Source: an uncultured Acidobacteriota bacterium
GTDB lineage: Bacteria > Acidobacteriota > Blastocatellia > RBC074
NCBI GenBank assembly: GCA_963796275.1
Contig: CAWCKY010000001.1
Span: 192,001-256,000, forward strand
Length of the DNA stretch: 64,000 bases
Reading direction: 5' to 3'
Shown: positions 32,381-40,569 of the stretch, one piece after another
Layout: every line of letters starts with the position of its first letter
Numbering within the stretch: the first letter of the stretch is position 1
Made by a program: the position numbers and the translations under genes
Notes under the pieces: model-generated
What the model saw: the letters and a program-made list of their open reading frames with translations, nothing else
Database searches by the model: none
What the model was told of the DNA's origin: nothing

Positions 32381-33597
32381 ATGAAAAACCCAACTAACAA
32401 TGATCGGTTATCTTCGGCTGCTAATCGCCGGTCATTTCTCAAAGGAATCGCGGGAAGCGCGGCAATGCTGCCGATTCTCCCACATTCGCTCGGTCCGGCT
32501 CAACAGATGAGCATCCCCGAGTATCTGATGAGCACGTCTCCCTTGATTCAGCAAACGAATCGTATGAGCGTCTCGATAAACCTGTGGAAGTCCAGGGCAA
32601 CACTGTGCGACTTTACCTGGAAGGCTTGATGTTCCTCGCCCTGAATGAGCAACAAAAGCGCCTTGAAGCGGGCATTCTCAATTTGAATGATGGGCATAGT
32701 CTGAGTGTCAGAACATTCAGTCGCGAGTCTACAAAAGCTGAGGTTAATTCCGATGAAGTCTGGGAAAAGGTGAAGGTTGAAACCATTCCCGATACAGAGC
32801 TTCAGCGCTATGATCGGGGTGAGCTCACCGTACTTTGCGATGGAGGTGAATCAAAAAATATAGTCACACCGACGGTACCCGGAAGCCGTGAGATTTGGAT
32901 GCCATTCAATTTGATCCCTGATATTGAAGAGATAGTCGGAAGCAAGGTGACGCTGGATAGAAGCAAGGTTAGGCCGGTGTTGAGCATTACCGGCGGCAAA
33001 TTCTACTCCGTACTCAGGCCCGATCACGTGGAAGAGGAAAAGCCACCAAAGAAAAGAGTAGACACGCGCGGATTTATCCCGAGTTACGTCTTTGAAAAAG
33101 ATCAGGTGGTAACGGCAAAAACTAAGGCGCGTGGAAAAATTGAGTCGCTAGAAGAGGTGTTAAGATTGGGAGTTGCAGCCAATGATCTTTCTGTTCGGTC
33201 GTACACGGCAGCAACTATGATAACTCTGAATAAAGGCGAGGAGCTGGTTTGCGTGCTGAAAAGTGGGCAAGGTGAGCGGAGGGAGCTCTTTAGAGTAAAG
33301 TATGCCCCCAACTGTGAAGCTAAAGTAGTAATAGCGAACGATGCCGCCCAGTACATCAACGGTTCACATGAACATGCTCACACTGGAGAGAAAAAAAGCG
33401 ATCACAGACATTCTTTTCACTTTCTACATTATTACGGAGCCATGGAGGTAATCAATGAGAAGAAGCAATTTCTCCTGGCTAATGAAGAGATGTTAGTGGA
33501 TTTTGTGAATAATCAGATTGGACCTCCACCGCCGCCTACCGGAGGTGCAGATCCCGAATGCCCGGCAGTACGCAAGTCAGGGGGATTGTTTACCTGA
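32381..33597 (+). CDS. Hypothetical protein, CHAT-associated paralog 2, with Tat leader; 1-bp deletion near 32478
   Basis: GGAGG RBS and NRRSFLKG Tat motif. Adding one base at ATTCT^CCCACA puts the leader in frame with the stop-free [41 protein letters not shown] of ORF 32584. Confidence 0.78.
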
Positions 33598-33624
33598 ATA
33601 GAAGCATGCCAACAAGCATCAGTA

Positions 33625-33709
33625 GCCAGCATCTGTGAAAGCGATTACACATAGACAGACCATGAAATTCGCAAAGAGTCATGGAGTCGGGTTTTCACCT
33701 GATGCGGGC
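33625..33709 (+). other. Conserved 3' stem-loop after paralog 2
   Basis: GCATC-t-GTGAAA...CCATGA..TCATGG...TTTCAC-ct-GATGC; homologous to 31593-31677. Confidence 0.5.
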
Positions 33710-34069
33710 ACTCTGGCGGCTACTGCGGTTTTCCGATGAATACGTAGGTTTGAGGTTGCTTTGCAATCCTCAAATATGCTTATTCATCTGAGCACGGCTG
33801 TACTCAATAGATGGTTCAGCTGCCCAGGTCAATTCACACGATATGAAAGAATAACGAAAGCATCTTCCTTGATTTTTGGATAAGAGTTCGTGCCGATAGT
33901 CCATTGCCCGGGTGTGGCCGATCCAATCCAGGAGTCTCCTGGTAGATCGAGTATCGCCTGCCCCGGAGCGATTGCTATTAACAGGGACGCCGACTGATCC
34001 TGGTAACTGAGAGCGAAGATATTTGATACTCGATGGTTGATAGTTCGTATAAGTTGTTGCTACTGCATA

Positions 34070-34174
34070 ATCAACTATCAACTATCAACTATCAACTATC
34101 AACTATCAACTATCAACTCTCAACGATCAACTCTCATCGATCAACTCTCATCGATCAACTCTCATCGATCAACT
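34070..34174. repeat. Heptamer tandem repeat (ATCAACT)x7 decaying into 14-mer units
   Basis: Seven perfect copies at 34070-34118, then (CTCATCGATCAACT)-type units; complementary GTTGATAGTT just upstream. Confidence 0.9.
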
Positions 34175-34379
34175 TTCACCCGGCATTCTCAATTAACAAT
34201 TAACAATTATCAATTCCTGCCAGATCGGCCAATTCATTCAATCGTTGTGCACTTGGAAAAATGCGGTCATAATCGGAATCTTGCTATTGTCCCCCCTTGA
34301 GAGAGCCGCCCTCGAGTAGTGCGGCCCAATTCAGCAAATTGAAAAACAATTTCGTGAATGAATCTTGATTCTTGCGATT

Positions 34380-35132
34380 ATGGCAAAACCTCAAGTGATC
34401 AATCGGCAATTCGTCAAAGTAAGGCAACTGGACAAGCGAAAGCTTGTATTGCGTTTATTATTGATCATTATCGCCATAGCTCTTTCGTATCATGGATTAA
34501 TTTTGTATGGCGTCATAAGGTTGAGGCATACGAACCCATCAAGTACGAACTTGATGGAGCAACGCGCCGATTCAGTGATAGAGCGTGGGGGGACGCCAAA
34601 GGTAGGGCATAGATGGGTCCCCTACCAAAAGATTTCACCGCATCTCGTGCGCGCTGTGCTGATAGGCGAAGACATCAGGTTTTTTCGCCATTCAGGGGTC
34701 GATTGGATGGGCGTAAATCTCGCCATGAAGAAAAACTGGGAAGAGAAAAGGTTTGCCCGCGGAGGATCATCCATCACCCAGCAGCTGGCAAAAAACCTTT
34801 TTTTATCGCCCTCCAAAAACCCGGCGCGTAAATTTCACGAGATGATAATTGCCTGGGAGATGGAACAAATATTGGGAAAACGTCGAATCCTGGAGATATA
34901 TTTGAATGTGATTGAATGGGGTGATGGAATTTACGGTGCCGAAGCTGCTGCTCGTCATTACTTCGGAACATCTGCAGCTTCTCTCGATTCGGGGCAGGCT
35001 GTATTCTTATCTGCGATTATACCTACACCGCTGAATGGATATAACTCGACTAATTATTCCAGTTACATTCGATCCAGAATAAATATGATCAGGGATCGTA
35101 TGCAATCGCCGATTCCTGGGGCAAATAAATGA
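34380..35132 (+). CDS. mtgA: Monofunctional biosynthetic peptidoglycan transglycosylase
   Basis: N-terminal TM, EDIRFFRHSGVD, GGSSITQQLAKNLFL, KRRILEIYLNVIEWGDGIYGAEAAARHYF. Confidence 0.9.
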   Translation: MAKPQVINRQFVKVRQLDKRKLVLRLLLIIIAIALSYHGLILYGVIRLRHTNPSSTNLMEQRADSVIERGGTPKVGHRWVPYQKISPHLVRAVLIGEDIRFFRHSGVDWMGVNLAMKKNWEEKRFARGGSSITQQLAKNLFLSPSKNPARKFHEMIIAWEMEQILGKRRILEIYLNVIEWGDGIYGAEAAARHYFGTSAASLDSGQAVFLSAIIPTPLNGYNSTNYSSYIRSRINMIRDRMQSPIPGANK

Positions 35133-35273
35133 AGATTGTTTTGGCTCCGGAGTATCCTGGTATGTCTATAGTATTCGATTACCCAAGTCTCACACGCTGC
35201 GAAGAATCGTATATAGGATTTCATATGTCGCTCCTACTACGGAGCTTGTGATTCCCCTCATAGAACACTATCA

Positions 35274-35813
35274 GTGAAGACTCTTAAATCCAGACAAACA
35301 CGAATTATCATTTTTTGGTGTGGACTGATCCTGGTGCTAGGTCTGCTGTTGCCGCAGGAATTGATCATTCCCGTTAAGGGGGCGGCGCCAAGAGATTGGA
35401 ATCCGAAATCATGGTGGTATGAACCTTGGGGCATTTCTGGGGTTCATAAGGGAATTGATATTTTCGCGACCAAAAAAACGCCGGTTATTGCGCCTACCTA
35501 TGGGCTGGTTATTTATCAGGGGGAGCTTAAGCTTGGGGGCAACGTCCTGTTCATTCTCGGACCGAAGTGGAGAGTTCATTATTTCGGGCATCTGAATAAA
35601 TCCAAAGTGGGGTTAGGCCAGATTGTCATGAGGGGGCAGGAGATTGGGGAAGTCGGAGACAGTGGTAATGCAAGGGGTAAGGAGCCACACCTGCATTACG
35701 AGATCAGCAGCTGGCTGCCATATCCGTGGAGGTGGGACACAACATCCCAGGGGTGGAAGAAGATGTTCATTCTGAATCCTCACGAATATCTCGTAGAAAA
35801 CCGGCGCAGTTGA
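35274..35813 (+). CDS. M23 family metallopeptidase
   Basis: HKGID, YFGHL and PHLHY zinc motifs. Confidence 0.9.
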   Translation: MKTLKSRQTRIIIFWCGLILVLGLLLPQELIIPVKGAAPRDWNPKSWWYEPWGISGVHKGIDIFATKKTPVIAPTYGLVIYQGELKLGGNVLFILGPKWRVHYFGHLNKSKVGLGQIVMRGQEIGEVGDSGNARGKEPHLHYEISSWLPYPWRWDTTSQGWKKMFILNPHEYLVENRRS

Positions 35814-35853
35814 AGCGATTGAGGCTTCGGTTATCAGCGGAAGAGTTGGGATT

Positions 35854-35891
35854 GCGACCCTCCGCCCTCCCGGGACCTCGGAGTGGGTCGC
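35854..35891. terminator. GC-rich hairpin between convergent genes
   Basis: GCGACCC-TCCG...CGGA-gt-GGGTCGC; no clear U-tract. Confidence 0.35.
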
Positions 35892-37835
35892 TATTTCGCC
35901 AGCTCCGCCAACTCCCCCCATCGTTCCACGTCGCGTTCTAGCGCTTGATCGAGCGACTGCAATTCTTCGTACAGCCGGGCGACCAGAACATGATCGCTGC
36001 CATTGGCGGCAAGTTCGGCTTCGGCTTCAGCCTTGCGTCCTTCCGCCGCTGCTATTCTTCTCTCCAATTCCTCCAGTTCACGGGCTTCTTTGAATGAAAG
36101 TTTGCGGTTAGCCGATGGTGCAGGGGCATGGGTAGGAGCAACAACCGCTCCCTGTTTCTGCGCGCGATTCTTCTCTTCCGTACGTTCGCGTTCGCGGATT
36201 TCCAGAAAGAAACTGTAATTGCCTGGGTATTCCCGAATATGGAACTTCCCGCCCTCAGATTTTTCGAACCTTAAGATGTAATCGATGGTGCGGTCGAGAA
36301 AATAACGGTCGTGGCTTACGATTACCAGGCAGCCGGGGAAAGTCTCCAGATACTCCTCCAGCGCGACCAACGTGGGGATGTCCAGGTCATTGGTGATCTC
36401 GTCCAACAGAATCATGTTCGGTGCGCTCATCAACATCCGCAGCAGGTAGAGCCTGCGCCGTTCTCCGCCCGACAGCGTCGCAATCGGCTGATATTGCATA
36501 GTGGGAGGAAATAGAAATCGGTCGAGCATCTGGCTGGCTGTGATGGCGTCACCTTCGCTGGTGACGATATTTTCGGCGACTTCTCTGATGTAATCGATCA
36601 AACGTTGCGATTCATCGAATTCGCGGTTCTCTTGATCGTAATAACCGATGACCACCGTCTCGCCCCTGTCGATCTCGCCGGTATCCGGTTGCAAGCGCCC
36701 TGCGATGATCTCCATCAGCGTCGTTTTTCCCGATCCGTTCGCGCCGATGATGCCGATGCGGTCGCCTCGTTTGAACTGATAGCTGAAATCTTCGATGACG
36801 GATTTTTCTCCGTACATCTTGCTGATGTCTTTCAGACCCAGAATCTTTTGGCCGAGACGGCTCGTGCCGAATGCTTCGAACCCGACATCGAGCGATTTTT
36901 TCCCGGCGAGTTCGCCGGCGACTTCGCGCGATTGCCGGATCAATTCGTTGGCGCGATCGATGCGGGCTTTGGATTTCGAAGTGCGGGCTTTCGGTCCGCG
37001 CCGCAGCCATTCCAATTCGCGCCTGGCCATCTGCTTCAACTTCTGTGCTTTTACGGCCTGGCGTTCTTCTTCGACCTGCTTCAGTTCCAGATATTGGCCG
37101 TAGTTCCCGGTGAACGATTGCACGCGGCCACGATCGATTTCAATGATGCGGTCGGTTACGCGGTCGAGGAAGTAGCGGTCATGCGTGACCAGAAGCACCG
37201 CACCGTTGAATTCGGCCAGCCAGCCTTCCAGCCATTCGACCGTTTCGGCATCCAGATGATTGGTCGGCTCATCCAGAATCAGCAGATCAGGTTTGATGAA
37301 AAGGCTGTGCGCCAGCGCGACCCGTTTGCGCATGTCCGCCCGACAGCGAGCTCATCCTGGCATTCAGGTGCGTGATCCCGAGTTCGTTCAGGATCGCCTT
37401 GAGTTCATTTTCGATTTGCCAGGCGCCGGAAATTTCCATTTGGCCGGCGAGATCGGATAGCCGATTGAGAAGCTTTTCGTCACCACCGCCTCTCTCTGCC
37501 AATTGCTCGCAGGCGGTTTCATACTGCCGCACCAGTTCCAGCTTCTGATGCAGCGCGTCGTTGCTTCCGGCGAAGACGGCTTCGATGACCGTCTGGTTTT
37601 CATCGAAGGACGGGTTTTGTGAAAGGGTGGCGACTACTTTGCCGTTGGCGATGACGACCCGGCCCGTGTCCGGACGCTCCTCGCCAGCAATCACTCTGAG
37701 TAGAGTTGATTTACCGGAACCATTTGCCCCGATCACGCCGACTTTGCCACGGTCATCCAGGCCGAACGATACGGAAGAGAAGAGCGGTTTGATGCCAAAG
37801 GTTTTACTGACGTTTTCGAGCGAGAGGATATTCAT
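35891..37835 (-). CDS. ABC-F family ATP-binding protein (Uup-like), frameshifted near 37334
   Basis: Two ABC cassettes (GANGSGKS, LSGG, LDEPTNHLD; GANGSGKT, LSGGERRR) and a C-terminal coiled coil; one extra C after the first LSGG. Confidence 0.9.
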
Positions 37836-37839
37836 TCTA

Positions 37840-39048
37840 TTAGTTACTCAGTCGGTAGAGATGAGCCCGGCTGCGTATAAAGATCGAAGCGCCCGATACC
37901 GCCATCGATGCCAGCGTCTGCTCATCGAGCTGGTTCCTGGCGAGCACCTTGAATTGCTTGCCGGGCGCGATCACGACCGATTCCCCTTCTTCGCTGAGAA
38001 AGTATATCCGCCCGTCGGCGTAGGTCGGGGACGCCGAGTGATTGCCGCCTAGGCGCGCTCGCCAGTGCTCGGTTCCGGTCTTCGCATCGACACACGTTGC
38101 GATGCCGTTGTCGCTGACCAGATACAATTCCTCGCCGATCAGAAGCGGTGACGGCGTCAACGATACGCCGCGTTTGAGCGACCATGCGACGTGAGTCTTC
38201 GTTACATCACCCCGGCCGTCCAATCTAACCGCCAACAGCGAGGGTTCGTAGAATCCTGTGCAGATGAATACCATTCCGTGCCCGTAGATAGGCCGCGGGA
38301 CATTTGAAAATCCTTCGCCGTAGCTCACCTGCCAGAGCTCTTTGCCAGTCCGCGGTTCGTACGCGATGGCTTTCATTGCCCCCGGGCTGATCACCTGATC
38401 GCCGCCGGGAAGCCGGACGATGAGCGGGGTAGTGTAGGCTTGATAGCCCTGGCGCGGCCGCTTCCAGCGTATCTTACCTGTCTGCTTGTCGAGCGCAGCG
38501 ACATACTGGATATCCTGGCCGTCACAACTCACTATCAGAAGGTCGCGATAGATGACCGGCGATCCGCCGGGCCCGTGCTGTCCGTTATCGTATGCGAGAC
38601 GGGTCTTCCATACTATCTCGCCGGACAGGGTTATACAGGCGGTGCCATTGGCGCCGAAATGCAAATAGATCCGGTCGCCTTCTATGATAGGCGTGGGAGA
38701 TGCCTGGCTGTTTTTGGAGTTGATCGAACCAGCGCTTTTCATGCGAAATATCTCGATGTTCTGCAGGATCGCACCGGTATTGCGATCAACCGAGACCGCG
38801 CGCAGTGACTTCCCTTCTTCGGTCGCTGTCGTCAGCCAGATGCGGTCACCCTGTATAGCCGGTGAAGACCATCCTCTGCCGGGTATGGCAACTTTCCACT
38901 TCACATTCTTGTCCTCGCTCCAGGTCAAAGGGAGACCGCGTTCGTCGGAATGGCCCTGGCCGGTGGGGCCACGGAATTCGGGCCAGTCTTGGGTCAGTGC
39001 GGTTGCGGCTAGACAGAGTGTCAGGCAAACATTTAAATACGAGTACAA
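37840..39048 (-). CDS. PQQ-like beta-propeller repeat protein
   Basis: Signal peptide, DWPEFRGPTGQG, GWSSP and repeated TGxxxW. Confidence 0.88.
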   Translation of the reverse strand: MYSYLNVCLTLCLAATALTQDWPEFRGPTGQGHSDERGLPLTWSEDKNVKWKVAIPGRGWSSPAIQGDRIWLTTATEEGKSLRAVSVDRNTGAILQNIEIFRMKSAGSINSKNSQASPTPIIEGDRIYLHFGANGTACITLSGEIVWKTRLAYDNGQHGPGGSPVIYRDLLIVSCDGQDIQYVAALDKQTGKIRWKRPRQGYQAYTTPLIVRLPGGDQVISPGAMKAIAYEPRTGKELWQVSYGEGFSNVPRPIYGHGMVFICTGFYEPSLLAVRLDGRGDVTKTHVAWSLKRGVSLTPSPLLIGEELYLVSDNGIATCVDAKTGTEHWRARLGGNHSASPTYADGRIYFLSEEGESVVIAPGKQFKVLARNQLDEQTLASMAVSGASIFIRSRAHLYRLSN

Positions 39049-39267
39049 GATTATATGCTCCGATTTGACGGAAATATCCCAGGGGATGTTTCAGAAGCTG
39101 ATAAGGTCGAAATGAAGCGCATCGGGGACACTAGATAATAACCTGGGGCGGAGCGAAGCGTAGTCTCCGACTGATCTCCATAAACCCGGCAGGCTGCTTT
39201 CACGGCCGATTCGGGGATTCAAGGAGATTATAAAGACACTATTTTAGCGTCTTTACCTCAAAATCCA

Positions 39268-40497
39268 TTAAACGACCTGGAAAACTTCGCGCAATCTCCT
39301 GGCGACGATCTCAACTTCACCCGGCTGCATCTGCCAAACGCCGACCGACATTTGTTGCTTTTCGGCCGCGGCGGGAGATGAACCCGGCGCTATCTCGATC
39401 GATGGCTTCCCTTCGCGCAACTGTTTGCGAACGTCATCGACGGTGATATTTAGCGTAGCTTTATCCCAGCTGAATCCGACGGTCGGGACATGGTTCGCTA
39501 TCGGGGGAACGAAGATTTCGGCGCTTGATGGGTTTGATCGCGGCCACGCTCTCGGTGATCGACTTTGGCGCGGCGCTCCCATTCCTTCCATTCTTTCGCG
39601 GCATCGCGTTTCAAATACATCTCCACGGCAACCATCATCCCTACCATCTCTTCTTTATTGACTTTCATGCCGCGCCCGATTGAATCGCTGTTCGGCGAGC
39701 AATTCAAGCGCGCCGCTTCGATCAGCTCTTTTCGCCCGAGCAGCAGTCCCGCGCTTTGCGGTCCTCGGATTCCCTTACCGCCCGAGAAGGTCACGAGGTC
39801 AAAACCCATCTTCGTATATTTCGATAGGTTCTCAGTCGGAGGCACATCGGCGGCCGCATCGTTGAAGGTCGGGATGCCGTGCTTTTTTCCGAGGGCGATG
39901 AATTCGTCGATCTTGATCTTACCCTTCGGATCGGCGTCGTTGAAGAAGAGCATCATCGCGGTCCGTTCGTTGACGGCTTTTTCCAGCTCCTCCGCCGTCT
40001 CGACCTCGATCATTTTGATCCCGCAGTTGCGTACCGCGTGATCGTAACCGTAACGATGCGTTTTCTGAATGATCACTTCGCTCTTCATCCCGGTCAGGTC
40101 CGGTATGCGTTTGATAAATTCCGGATTTTTGCCGGTGAGGACACGCGGCTGTTCCGACGGTCAGAGCGGCCGCGGCACCCGAGGTCACCATCACTGCCTC
40201 GCAGCCGATGAGTTCGGCGATCCGTTTGCCGGCGGCGTCGTGCAGGTCGTTGAGTGGGACAAATTGTTTTGACGCGTAATTCATCGCCTCGACCACTTCC
40301 GGCCACATGAGCGATGCGGTCAGCGTCGTGAATGTGCCGGCCCCGTTGATGAACGGCCGCACGCCGAGCTCTTTGAAGTAATCGCGGCTCGCGCGTGATG
40401 ATATCGCCGCGACCGTAGAGGTGTTGAACATTCCACCGAGCACGGGAATGCTCGACATTATATGGATGAAGTTACGACGGTTCAGCATCGTGTTCAC
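39268..40497 (-). CDS. SelA-related PLP-dependent enzyme (DgaE-like), Tat-like leader, three 1-bp frameshifts
   Basis: NRRNFI leader, LGVRPFINGAGTFT, VTSGAAAAL, DAAAD, FSGGKGIRGPQSAG and GRGMKVNKEE; indels near 40140, 39560 and 39520. Confidence 0.82.
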
Positions 40498-40569
40498 CTG
40501 CCTTTCGTGCCTTTGATGTAATACTGACGGTTATTTTGGTGAATTCTCCTAAATAACTCAAACATTCCT

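Noticed and set aside
30528-33597. Calling the paralogs gasdermins or Csx30
   Set aside because: No recognisable sequence similarity, no N-terminal Cys typical of bacterial gasdermins and no CRISPR context; used only as an analogy
39268-40497. Selenocysteine synthase selA, or programmed frameshifting
   Set aside because: No selB/selC/selD nearby, and the export-like leader plus RidA/amidohydrolase context fit the DgaE-like group; the indels lack slippery sites and resemble other errors in the window
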